Positions 24,889-37,662 are shown, counted from the first letter of the stretch. The stretch: 64,000 nucleotides of DNA from Octopus vulgaris (GCA_951406725.2 OX597832.1:56358001-56422000), one strand, 5' to 3'. A program made the numbers and translations. Notes: generated by a model not told the origin, from the letters alone.

Positions 24889-25588
24889 GTGGCTCATGTC
24901 GCTTACTCCAGGATCGCTTTCTCTGAACATTTCGGTAGATAATCCATTTCTCATCACCTGTCACAATTTGCTTTAAAAAAGGCACGTTTTCATTCCATTT
25001 ATAAAGCAAATCACAGATGGAAATGCAATCCAAAAGGTTCTTCTCACTCAACTCGTGTGGTACCCAAACATCGTAGCGATTTGTGTACCTAAGCTTTACC
25101 AGGTGCTCATGAACGACGGATTTTGATAGGTTGAGGCTTTCTGCCAATTCTCGGGTTGTGTAATGTGGGTTATTCTCAATTAATGACTTGATTTGGTCAT
25201 CATCTGTAGTGGATGGACTGCCTGATCACTCTTTATCAATAAGGCTAAAATCTCCAGCTCAGAACCTTGTGAACCACTTCCATACAGTTCTTACTGATAA
25301 AGAAACATCACCGTAAACTGCGCATATTTCTTTGGTTGCTTGTGAGGCATTTTTCCCCTTACGGAAAAAGAAAAGCATCAAGTGCCAAAAATAAACTTTC
25401 TTATCTTCCATTTTAAAGGGTTACAGAATTAACACGGGTTATAGGAACATAAACCTTCTTCCACAAAAAGATAGCTTAAACTGTGCTCTAAATGGCGGTT
25501 AGTCAAATCCTATTTTATGGACTCAACCATGTTCTAAAATAAGTCGAAAGGTAAGCTACTATAAATCGGCACAAACTTTCCGGACAAC

Positions 25589-25592
<4 letters not shown>
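24889..25592 (-). mobile_element. Mariner transposon 5' half (transposase pseudogene, ATG at 25411)
   Basis: TIR ttaggttgtccggaaagtttgtgccgattt next to (TA)n. MEDKKVYFWHLMLFFFRKGKNASQA...WVPHELSEKN...IVTGDEKWIIY, with in-frame stops; truncated at a SINE fragment. Confidence 0.93.
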
Positions 25593-25648
<56 letters not shown>

Positions 25649-26077
25649 AATTGAGATAGGGGTTGTGAGTGTAACCCACTATGGGATAACATATATCCAA
25701 TATACTGCCAGTAAAGCACGTTGGTTAATAAATTATGTGAATGGGTATTATCTGGTAGTTGATTATTGATTAAAGTGTATTCCTCCATTTTCTTATTTTG
25801 TATTATATGTCTTGCAAACTACTTGCACATGCAAGTGCTACCAGTTAAAAGCTCCGTATACCGAAAGCTAGCACGTGTATGGGGTCATCAGGAGAGAATG
25901 CGCGCCTTTTCGGGGCCTACTTCTCAACGGCATCAATGCGCACCGGCCCCCACCTCACTGATATGAGGCCCCGCTTGCTAGATCAGCTGGTTATGAAGAA
26001 CTCAATATACTTATAGCCATTGCTCATCGTCTCGTTTTAACCAAATTCAGTGGCTAGCCTTCTCCACTGTAGATTGG

Positions 26078-26141
<64 letters not shown>

Positions 26142-27009
26142 TTGTCACTAAAGTGACAAAGGGCATTAATCAGCACCAGCATTGCTAGAAATAACGGTCA
26201 AAACAACTAAATAGCCACATATATAACCTGCCTTTACAGGATTAGCGAAGTGCTGATGTAGTTAAGAGTAAATTTGTGTTTTGTTAAAAAAAAAAACACT
26301 CACACATTTTCAATTCAAATCATTTCGAAATTTTGTTTACACAAAGCAGCAGCAGCGGAACGAATTAAAATCATGCCAGAATGCATATACAAAAGAAAGA
26401 AGTAAGTTTTTGTGTGCAGTCGCCTGCAAAACAAAGGACTGTGCGTGGTGTTGGTTGAACAGTCTGCAGAAAAGGACTTTACCAAGAGGAAGAAGTAGAG
26501 CTGTAACTACTTCACAATTCAACATTGAATTGTGAAGTAGCTACAAGAGGACAGAGTACAAGTAGCAAAGGCAAAGACGTTTTGAACAGGAAACTACAAA
26601 ATCTGCTGATAAAGACATAACTATACATAGACTAAAGATTTCTTTTGTTATACAAGTGAAAGTGAAGGTATGTGGCTTAGCGTTTAGAGGTATACGGCTC
26701 ATGATCTTAAGGTCGCGAGTTCAATTACTGGTGGCATGGTGTGTCCTTGAGCAAGACACTTTATTTCACATTGCTTCAGTTCATTCAGCTGACAAAAATG
26801 AGTAGTTCTATATTTAAGAGATGAGGATTTATGTACATTATTTACATTCAATGGATATTTGTCCTAATCTTGTTTCTTGTTAACACAATGTTTCACCTGA
26901 TATACCCTCCAGCCTTCTTCAGGTGTCTTGGAGAAATTTCGAACCTGGGTATTTTTCGATGTTATTATCATTATTGTTGTTGTTGTTGTTGATATTATTA
27001 TTATTATCG

Positions 27010-27055
<46 letters not shown>

Positions 27056-27061
27056 CATTCA

Positions 27062-27134
27062 GGTCACTGCCTGGAACTGAACTCAGAATCTTGGGGTTAG
27101 TAGCCCGTGCTCTTAATCACTATGCCATATGCCC
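27062..27134 (-). other. tRNA-like SINE head (not a functional tRNA)
   Basis: gggcatatggcatagtgattaagagcacgggctactaaccccaagattctgagttcagttccaggcagtgacc: A- and B-box-like motifs, anticodon-loop-like CT-ACT-AA, imperfect acceptor stem. Confidence 0.65.
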
Positions 27135-27154
27135 ACAGGCATATGGCACAGTGA

Positions 27155-27208
<54 letters not shown>

Positions 27209-27351
27209 TGATGATGATGATGATGATAATAATGATAATAGTAATGATGATGATGACGACGACAACAACGACGACGACAATAATAATAATAATAATAATA
27301 ACATCGAAAAATACCTTAGGAATGGGAACCCAGGTTCGAAATTTCCCCCAA

Positions 27352-27397
27352 GACACCTGATGACGGCTGGAGGGTATATCAGCCGAAACATTGTGTT
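27352..27397 (+). ncRNA. Minimal hammerhead ribozyme motif
   Basis: gacac-CTGATGA-c-ggctg-gagggtatat-cagcc-GAAA-catt-gtgtt. Stems I and II pair; ACAT is plausibly CpG-decayed ACGT. Confidence 0.65.
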
Positions 27398-27749
27398 AAC
27401 AACAAACAAGATGAGGACAAATATCCGTCAAATGTAAATAATGTAAATAACAATAAGTAGTACCTGTAATTCAAAGGGACCAGTATTGTCACATTCTATG
27501 TCGTACTGAATCTCCCTGGAGTGCTCAACCACTTGCACGTTAATCTCAAGAGCAGGCCGTTCCATTGATTGGATCAACTGGAACCCTTGTTGTCATCATA
27601 CCAATGCCATTCATTTCCTGTCTAGCATGGAAACATGTAAGAGTTGGTGACAGGAAAGGCACCTGGCCCATAGAATATCTGCTACAATGAATTCTGTCCG
27701 ACTCATGCAAGCGTGGACAAGGTAGACATTAAAACAAGGACACACTGCA

Positions 27750-28225
27750 ATGACAGCGATGACAATGACGGTTGCGATAATTAATGGTGATGACAGTGGT
27801 GGGGGTAGTGGTGGTGGTGAAGGCAACCAAGCAGCAATGATGATGATTACAAAGGTAGTGTCGGTGATGATAATGATGATGATGATGACAATGATGATAA
27901 CGCCGATGCCGATGACGACGGTGGTGGTGGTGGGGGGTAGTAGTGGTGAAGGCAACCAAGCAACAATGATGACGATTACAAAGGTAGTGTTGGTGATGAT
28001 AATGATGATGATGACGATGATGACGACGGTGGTGGTGGTGGTGATGGTGATGCTGACAATGATGGTGATGACAGTAACAATAACAATGATGATGATGTCA
28101 ATGATGATGATGATGATGAAGATGATGATATTGACGGCGATGATGATGGTGATAACAAAGACGACAACGATGATGGTGATATAAAGCTAAAATAACAACT
28201 ACAACAACAACAACAGCAACAACAA
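27750..28225. repeat. Compound (GAT/GGT/AAC)n microsatellite with an internal ~140-bp duplication
   Basis: ggtgaaggcaaccaagcarcaatgatgaygattacaaaggtagtgt occurs twice. Confidence 0.85.
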
Positions 28226-29416
28226 AAACAAAACAGTTGTGACCTTTACTTTTTAAAAATTACAATAGAATGATGCGGAGGGGAGGGAGGGCTTTTGGCG
28301 GCCTGGCGGGGTGGGGACTTTTTTCTCCATCTCTTCCTCCTCCAGCCTCTCCTCCCTTCATTGCATAAATTATTTCGGCTGCATAAAACCACAAAGCATA
28401 ACCCCCCCCCCCACCTGCCATCTAATGGCATAATTTATTACTTCAGCTTTCTATTTCCTGGTACAGCACACAAGCGAATAACTAACGGCCACTGCCGATT
28501 CCTATAGGAAACAAATCAACAGATAGATTCCACTTTGGTAGAACTTGACAGCAGAACAGAAAAAAAAATTCATTATTGATATCCACTGCCAAAGCGGTTT
28601 AAAAATAGCGAAGTGTTATGGGATTTTATTTCATACTTCTGTTGTATTGGACATATTTTTCAGATAATCCAATAATTGTGTGAGGACTATATAAAACAGT
28701 TTTAATTCATTTTTTATAGTTTTTGTACAAATAAGCATGAACAATGGACATATGATAATTAGTTTTTATTGATGTTAATGATTCAGAATTTTCGTTTCAA
28801 GAAGGAATCGTAATGCAGGTGTATGTGGGCAAGTGAAGAAATGTCTGTTACTGTTACAACCCTGGGCTGGCTAAGAGCCTTGTGAGTGGACCTGCTAGGC
28901 AGAAACCAAAGAAAACCTATGTTATATGTATGCTGGCAGTGATCCAGCATGGCCACAGCCCATGGCTGAAACATATGAGAGAATAAAAGAATACAGATAT
29001 ACATTTTTCATCATAATCATCATCCTCATTGCTTTTATTGCTCACTTTTCCATATGTACACAGGGTGGATGGAGTTTATTGAGGCAGATTTTCTACAGCT
29101 TGATGCCCTCACTGATACCAACCTGTACATTTCCAAGTAATGTATATATAATATATATATATATATCATCATCATCGTTTAACGTCTGTTTTCCGTGCTA
29201 GCAAAGGTTGGACGGTTCGACCGGGGTTTGGGAAGCCAGGAAGCTGCACCAAGCTCCAGTCTGATCTGGCAGTGTTTCGACAGCTGGATGCCCTTCCTAA
29301 TGCCAACCACTCCCTGAGTGTAGTGGGTGCTTTTTATGTGCCACTGGCACAGGTGCCAGGGGAGGCTGGCAGTGGCTACAATCGGTTGGTGCTTTTTATG
29401 TGCCACTGGCACAGAA

Positions 29417-30150
29417 GAGACAACTATGTGGATCCCTTGTATACTAAAAATAGATGTCAAACTGTCTTACCACGAAATCTGTGTTCTCAAATTAGCAGGA
29501 CACTAGATACTCTTTTACTCTTTTACTTGTTTCAGTCATTTGACTGCGGCCATGCTGGAGCACCACCTTTAGTTGAGCAAATGGGCCCCGGGACTTATTC
29601 ATTGGAAGCCTAGTACTTATTCTATCGGTCTATTTTACCAAACTAAGTTACGGGGACATAAACACACCAGCATCGGTTGTCAAATGATGTTGGGGGGACA
29701 AACACAGAGACACAAACTCACACACACACACATACATATATATATATACATATATACGACAGGCTTCCTTCAGTTTCCATCTACCAAATCAATTCACAAG
29801 GCTTTGGTCGGTCTGAGGCTATAGTAGAAGACACTTGCCCAAGGTGCCACGCAGTGGGACTGAACCCGGAACCATGTGGTTGGTAAGCAAGCTACTTACC
29901 ACATAACCACTCCTGAACCTAGATGTTTACAAGATAGACAAATGAAAAGAAATAAACATTTGCCTAGCTTCTAAACATCTAGTGTCTTGCTAATTTGAGA
30001 ACACATATTTCATGGTAAGACAGTTTGACATCTATTTTTAGCATACAAGCGATCCACACAGTGGTCTCTCATATTGTTTATATTTAAACAGAATTCACAG
30101 TCCTCGGACGTTTTTAAAGTATGCTAACCACTGGTTGAAATTGATATTAT
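29417..30150. mobile_element. Fold-back element split by a SINE A insertion
   Basis: 29417-29508 is the reverse complement of 29978-30069; the SINE is flanked by duplicated ctagat. Confidence 0.7.
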
Positions 30151-32619
30151 TTAATAATATTATTTAATGATATTAATTTCTACTCTTGTGGAGGCATAAT
30201 GGCCCGGTGGTTAGGGCAGCGGACTCGCAGTCGTAGGATCGCGATTTCGATTCCCAGACTGGGCGTTGTGAGTGTTTATTGAGCGAAAACATCTAAAGCG
30301 CCACAAGGCTCTGACAGGGGGTGGTGGTGATCCCTGCTGTACTCTTTCACCACAACTTTCTCTCACTCTTTCTTCTGTTGGCCTGCTCGCTTAGCCAGCA
30401 GGGTAGCGTCATTTGAAGGCTAAAACAATGCAAAGTGCATTGAGACCAGCAATGTGTAGCAACATCTGATAGCCTGGTCGGAAAATGAAAAAGAAAAGAA
30501 AAGAAAAAGAATTTCTACTCTTTTTATATATATATATAAAATACACGCGCAGTACAATAATATATTGCAAAAAGACAGAAAAATGGACAATAAAGGAGAC
30601 ATAAAGTAGAAAGGGTTCTAAGAATTAACACTTCCTTCTCTAAGCCTAGATTTGAAACCGAATCCAAGAATTCTCGGTCGTCCAAACCACGATGATCAAC
30701 AGGCGCGAAAAAAGGTTTTCTTTGTCCTGTCAAAAATTGATTGATCATCTCCCTTTGACCTGCGACCTCAGCATGTCAGGCGAAGTTCAACTGGACAAGT
30801 GCTGACCTATTTAGGTACAAACTCTGCTGCAGTATGTCTGTCTTTCTAGCTGCCACAAATATTATAAAACCGGTGGTGGAACACCAGAGGCAGACAGACG
30901 AGATAGATCTATCTACGACCCAAGGTTTTGGCAGGCCGCAGGGACAGAGAGAAATGATCGAAGTGCCGATAGACTACTGTTTTGAATGAAACATGCACAC
31001 AGGCACATACACAAACATATTCATTCCAAATATGTACTCTGTATTTCTAGCAACTCGTAGCAGTTGCCTACATTTTATATATAGTGTACCTATAACAAAT
31101 CAAACTCTGTAAATAAATTCCTTTCAATCATGAATCGGTTTACGTATTTGTTTACTTACACACTTAACCACTACAGGGTGCACAGGTACATCAGAATTGG
31201 TGTTAGTGAATTTTGAGAAGTGCAGAATTTTTGAAGGGCGCAGTGTCCTGACAGCTAATGACTGAAGCAGGTAGTTTATTCCCTGCTTCATCAATTCTGA
31301 TTATGAAAAAGCGTTTACAAAAGTCAAGAGTGTTGCACTTTTTGTTTATATTTTGCAAGTTCATTTACTAGTGGTTGAGGTATTGAACGGGGGAAAAAAA
31401 GGGAGCCAAAGTTGTTCTGTCTGCACTCAGTGACCCAACTCCACAAAGGTATTAATAATGCATTTATGTTCTGTTTTAAATTTATGATACCTTAACATAA
31501 ACAGCATAAATACACACACACACACATCGACTGACTTCTGTGCTGGTGGCACGTAAAAAGCACCATCCGAATGTGGCCGATGCCAGCGCTGCCTTGACTG
31601 GCTTCCGTGCCGGTGGCACGTAAAAAGCACCAATCCGATCATGGCCATTGCCGGCCTCGCCTGGCACCTGTGCCGGTGGCACGTAAAAAGCACCCACTAC
31701 ACTCACTGAGTGGTTGGCGTTAGGAAGGGCATCCAGCTGTAGAAGCACTGCCAGATCAGACTGGAGCCTGGTGCAGCCTTCTGGTTTCCCAGATCCCGGT
31801 CGAACCATCCAACCCATGCTAGCATGGAAAACGGATGTTAAACGATGATGATGATGATATATATTTATATTATCAACAACATACACTTAACGTATGTGAC
31901 TCATGTATTTGCTAGTTGACTGCAATTTGGTGTGGTGTAGATTACTCTTTTTCAAAGCACCAGATATTGAAAGACCTGACAGTCATGGACAGGTGAGACA
32001 GCTCACCCCAGATCTCCTCTAGGAGTGATGGACATCGATGTTTCATCATTCTGTGGCTTATCAACATCACATACCTCAACTGGGTCAGAGATTAATCATA
32101 TCACCAGTCCATGAGTAATATGCATACAGTATGTTTCTTCCAATTACTTTAAATATAACAAAGAATTTAGTAAAATAAGTTATCATTTAGCTAATGTTAG
32201 AAACTTAAGTTGTGACTAAGGTTTGGTGGAAGAATTTAATTCAAAACTTATGAAAACAAGACATTTGTACTCAGAGCCAGAGCTGGTTGCAGCTGGGTTG
32301 GTAACGAAAGGATTAAGACAGAAAAATGAAGTGGATGTGATGTTTTGAGCACAGCTCTTCATCAGAAGATGGAACCAGGAAAGGTCGTGTGAGAAGGAAA
32401 AAAGTAGTCCAAGAAATGCACATGTGTGGTTCCATAGCTGAAGTGATTGGAAGTCTTGTATTTTTTCTGTCAGCCTCTTTTACCATTGATACACATATAA
32501 ATATATATTGTTCTGGGTTTAGTCCCCCTACATGGCACCTTGGCAGCTATCCTCTACTACAGCTTCAGGCTGATCAAAACCTTGTGAGTGGATTTGGTAG
32601 ACAGAAAGTGAAAGGAGCT

Positions 32620-32696
<77 letters not shown>

Positions 32697-34902
32697 TATT
32701 TACATACACACACATATATATATCATCATGTTAAACCCTACACATTTTATTTCTCTCTGTTTTTTTTTTATTCTCCCCATTTTTTTCCTTTCACTCCTTT
32801 CTATCGAAGCGCATAAGCTTGAAACATCAAAGACTTTTCTTTTCTGCCTGAGCGCCAAACTAATACACCTGCTTGCTGCTCCCTCACCTGTCTTCATCTT
32901 TTGTTTTCTGCAAATTTGAACTTTGTGCGTGTGTGTGTGTGTATGTGTGTGTGTCTTTGTGTCTGTGTGTGTGTCTTTGTGTCTATGTTTGTACTTTACC
33001 ACCCTTGACAACTAGTACGGATGTGTTTACACCTTTGTAACATAGCAGTTCAGCAAAAGAGCCTAACAAAATAAACATCAGGCTTAACGAAAAGAGTTCT
33101 GAAGTTGATTAGATTGACTAAAAATTCTTCAAGGCGGTGCCCCAGCATGGCTGCAGTCTAACGACTGAAACAAGTAAAAGATAAAAGAACAGAGAAGAAA
33201 TATTGCATCTAAAAATTATCCAATGTCACCTTCATTTTCTAAAACAGTTAGTGTAAGTTGAGAGAGATTTGTTGTTTGGCTGTGTGGTAAGTAGCCTGCT
33301 AACCAACCACATGGTTCCGGGTTCAGTCCCACTGCATGGCATCTTGGGCAAGTGTCTTCTGCTATAGTCTCGGGCCAACCAAAGCCTTCTGAGTGGATTT
33401 GGTAGACGGAAACTGAAAGAAGCCTGTCGTATATATGTATTTATATGTATGTGTGTGTATATGTTTGTGCGTCTGTGTTTGTCCCCCTAGCATTGCTTGA
33501 CAACCGATGCTGGTGTGTTTACGTCCCCGTCACTTAGCGGTTCGGCAAAAGACACCGATAGAATAAGTACTGGGCTTACAAAGAATAAGTCCCGAGGTCG
33601 ATTTGCTCGACTAAAAGGCGGTGCTCCAGCATGGCCGCAGTCAAATTACTGAAACAAGTAAAAGAGTAAGGCTAGCGACTACAAAACACGTCCCATCAGT
33701 AGCTTATAAAGACAGTTTTGGGCTCAGAGTGCTCTCCCTTTTTTTCAGTGTTTATTTTTGGTAGGTTGACTTAGGGACTACCACAGCTGACGGCGAATAT
33801 TATGAACTGGTGATCAAAGATAATGGCCCGGTTGGCCAAATAGATAATTTAATACCTTTTACAAGTTTCGCAGCAAGGCAGCGTAATATTCTTCAAATAC
33901 TCACTACAGTCGCCAAAATTAGGCATTCTTTGAAACAGTCAGAAAAACAGGCAAAACTTAAAAACAAAAAAAACTGATAGAAAAAGGAAGAGTTTGACAA
34001 GAATTATTGAGGACTTTTTTCATAATTTTCAACAAAGTTATCTCCCCTGAAATAATTTATGAGCGAGAACATAATCATAATTTATCTACGTGAGTATATA
34101 ATGTGTGTGTGTGTGTGTGTGTGTGTGTGGAGAGCTGTATCTGTTATCTTTTATTTGTTTCAGTCATTGGACTTGCGGTCATGCTGGAGCACCGCCTTGA
34201 AGTGTCTTAGTGGAGCGCATCAGTAATTAGTTATTGATCGACTGACTGATTTGAAGCCTGATGTTTTATTTTATCGGTCTCTTATACCGAAGTGCTCGGT
34301 TTCGGGGACGTAAATAAACCAGCACCGGCTGTCAAGCGGTGATGGAAGCAACAGCAAACACAAAGACGCGCGCACTCACGCACACCCAAATGTGTGCGGG
34401 GCCAAGTGATTAGGGGTCACAGTCAAATGACTGAAACAAGTAAAAGAGTAAAAAGAGTATGTATATGCAGGAGTGGCTGTGTGGTAAGTAGCTTCTTTAC
34501 CAACCACATGGTTCTGGGTTCAGTCCCACTGTGTGGTACCTTGGGAAAGTGTCTTCGGGCCGACCAATGCCTTGTGAGTGGATTTGGTAGACGGAAACTG
34601 AAAGAAGCCCGTCGTATATATGTATATATATATGTGTGTGTGTGTGTTTGTGTGTCTGTGTTTGTCCCCCTAGCATTGCTTGACAACCGATGCTGGTGTG
34701 TTTATGTCCCCGTCACTTAGCGGTTCGGCAAAAGAGACCAATAGAATAAGTACTAGGCTTACAAAGAATAAGTCCCGGGGTCGAGTTGCTTGATTAAAGG
34801 CGGTGCTCCAGCATGGCCACAGTCAAATGACTGAAACAAGTAAAAGAGTAAAAGAGAGAGTATATACACACACACACCTTGTTACTCATTTATACACATA
34901 CG

Positions 34903-34934
<32 letters not shown>

Positions 34935-34937
<3 letters not shown>

Positions 34938-35252
34938 CTGGGTACCAAACTGTTAATCTGTTAATCATTAATTAATGAAGTGAACATTTCATTAACGAAT
35001 AAACTTATATGTTAATTTGGAAATCATTATTTCCATTACATGTAACAGATTTTATAGTTTTGGCACTTTCTAAAGTGGTTTTGGAGCAAATGCTGATTTT
35101 TTTTTGATTTTTTTCTATAATAAAAATTAATGTTAATGGTTTATCCATAACTTCCATTACATTTTTAAAGAATTAACTTATCAAAGTTAACTTTTTGGTT
35201 AACGGATTGATGGTTAACAAAGTTAACATTTCAATTAACGGTGCCTACCTTT
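34935..35252. mobile_element. hAT-like MITE with repeated GTTAAC subterminal motifs
   Basis: Right end ...gttaacatttcaattaacggtgcctacctttg; degenerate left end with multiple gttaa motifs. Confidence 0.45.
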
Positions 35253-35325
35253 GTATATACATAGATATGTATAAATGTTAAGGGAAATAAAGAAATACAA
35301 TTGACATATAAATTTATTAACATTA

Positions 35326-35695
35326 TCTCTATATATATAAACGGCAAAATGTCTGTCTGTGTGTGTGTCTGTATCCGTTATACAAATCCACAATTTTTCA
35401 GTTAGAGGGCTCACACTTTCTATGGTCATTCAAAACCAAGGGTGGTTGTGCACATCTTTACATTTCCCCAGTCACCCAGCAAAGACATTAAAAAATCAAT
35501 AGAAGTGACTTTTTTGTGAATTTTCCATCCAAAACCCAATCAAAATGCCCGAAACTTGATATGCCAATTGAATGCCAGCTAGCTGTATGAGATTGGTCGG
35601 AGATTTGGACAGTACTCGCATGTATGTGCACACGCATGCAGCTGTATATGCATGCACTAGCACTATGACCCGGCAACACCAGGTCATAGTGCTAG
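35326..35695 (+). mobile_element. Non-autonomous Helitron
   Basis: 5' a|TCtctatatatataa, 3' hairpin and CTAG|t terminus; insertion between A and T. Confidence 0.75.
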
Positions 35696-36209
35696 TAATA
35701 TAGCATAATTATACTATAAAAAGATATAAAATAAAAACCAATGAAAATTGATTGTTTTCCATCCCTTAGGAGGAAATTGCTTTTTCCTTACATTGAATGA
35801 TACATATATATCATCATCATCATCATCATCATCATTATCATTGGTTAACGTCTGTTTTCCATGCTGGCATGGGTTGGACGGTTTGACTGAAGTCTAAAAA
35901 GCCAGCAGCTGCATCAGTCTCCAATCTCATCTGGCAATATTTCAACAGTTGGATGCACTTCCTAATGCTAACTACTCCGAGAGTGTAGTGGGTGCTTTTT
36001 ACATGCCACCTGCACAGGAGCCAGTCAGGCGAACCTGGCATCGATCACATTCAGATAGTGCTTTTTATGTGCCACTGGCCACAGGAGCCAGTCAAGGGGC
36101 ACTGGCCACATCTACGATTTTGGTTGTATGTCTGCATCTACGATTTTGGTTGTATGTCTGGTGTTACTTCTCCAGCCCATTTAAAAGTGCATGTATGTAT
36201 GTATGTATG

Positions 36210-36322
<113 letters not shown>

Positions 36323-36804
36323 TTCATTTTGATGTTCACCTTGTTTATTTAAAGAGTTTATTTAAAATTGGACAAAAAAAAATCATCAAACTAAAAGACA
36401 TCAGATCAAAAGACATGCACGAAGTGACATTGGACAAAGTGAAATCAGACAAAAAGTTGGGTCATGATTCATACATGTACAGACATATGTATGAATATTC
36501 ATACATATCATCATCATCATCATCATCATCATCGTTTAGCGTCCGTTTTCCATGCTAGCATGGGTTGGACGGTTCTACTGGGGTCTGTGAAGCCAGAAGG
36601 CTTCATCAGGCCCAGTCAAATCTGGCAGTGTTTCTACGGCTGGATGCCCTTCCTAACGCCAACCACTCCGTGAGTGTAGTATGTATAGAGTGTACATATG
36701 TATATTCATATACATACATACACATATGTATATATCTATTTATGCACATATACACGTGTACTCAGATAAAAATGGGTGGATGAAGGAATATGATATATAT
36801 ATAT

Positions 36805-36957
36805 ATTCTTCTCTCCTTGTTTTTTCTGTGTCCCTTTCTGTAGAAGAGCGTAGGCTCGAAACGTAAAAGACTTTTTCTATTCCTGAGCGTTATACTAATA
36901 CATCAGTTTGTTTTGTACATCACCTGTCTTCATCTTTTGTTTTTTTGCGTAAAATCT

Positions 36958-36962
<5 letters not shown>
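36805..36962 (+). mobile_element. Penelope-like tail family with CTGTNGA hammerhead-like motif; copies at 32740-32920, 53560-53695(-), 61165-61312
   Basis: cttt-CTGTAGA-a-gagc-gtag-gctc-GAAA-cgt-a-aaag (36834-36869); shared downstream cctgagcg..ctaataca...cacctgtcttc; copies lie in or next to (TA)n. Confidence 0.7.
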
Positions 36963-37009
<47 letters not shown>

Positions 37010-37012
37010 ATA

Positions 37013-37378
37013 TAGGGAAGCTTAAAAGTAGGTTTACAGTTATCACGTAGGCACTTTAATTTTCTTTCAAAACATTTTATTATATTTAAATTTCTATCTT
37101 ACAAACTGAAAAGGGAGCTTGACAAAATTAACTAAATTAGCATAAAATAATGGTTTACTCTTTACTCTTTTACCTGTTTCAGTCATTTGACTGTGGCCAT
37201 GCTGGAGCACCACCTTTAGTTGAGCACATTGACTCCAGGACTTATTCTTTATAAGTCTAGTACTTATTCTATTGGTCTCTTTTGCCGAACAACTACATTA
37301 CGGGGACATAAGCACACCAGCATTAGTTGTCAAGTGATGTTGGGGGGACAAACACAGACACAGAAACATATACACATG

Positions 37379-37418
<40 letters not shown>

Positions 37419-37662
37419 TACGACGGGCTTCTTTCAGTTTCCGTCAACCAAATCCACTCACAAGGCTTTGGTTGGCCCGAGGCTATAGTAGAAGACACTT
37501 GCCCAAGGTGCCACACAGTGGGACTGAACCCAGAACCATGTAGTTTGTAAGCAAGCTACTTACCACACAGCCACTCGTACTTCATATTTTTTTATAATTA
37601 AGATCTAAATTGTTGATATATGAATGCGAAAGAGATAATTGTAAACCTACTTTTGAGCCAAC

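Larger units (their letters stand above)
26829..27450. mobile_element. Head-to-head pair of tRNA-headed, hammerhead-tailed short elements inserted in a SINE C
   Basis: Minus copy 26829-27134: tRNA-like head, (AAT)n, tail with hammerhead 26882-26927. Plus copy 27138-27450: deleted head, hammerhead 27352-27397. Confidence 0.75.

Noticed and set aside
27062-27134. Functional tRNA-Ser(ACT) gene
   Set aside because: Acceptor, anticodon and T stems are mismatched, there is no long variable arm, and it is fused to a repeat tail; treated as a SINE head.
27750-28184. 144-aa Met/Thr-rich ORF
   Set aside because: Read-through of a (GAT)n-type microsatellite.
32335-32370. Hammerhead on the minus strand (CTGATGA-agagc-tgt-gctc-AAAA-catc)
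   Set aside because: G12 is lost and stem I does not pair; at most a dead relic.
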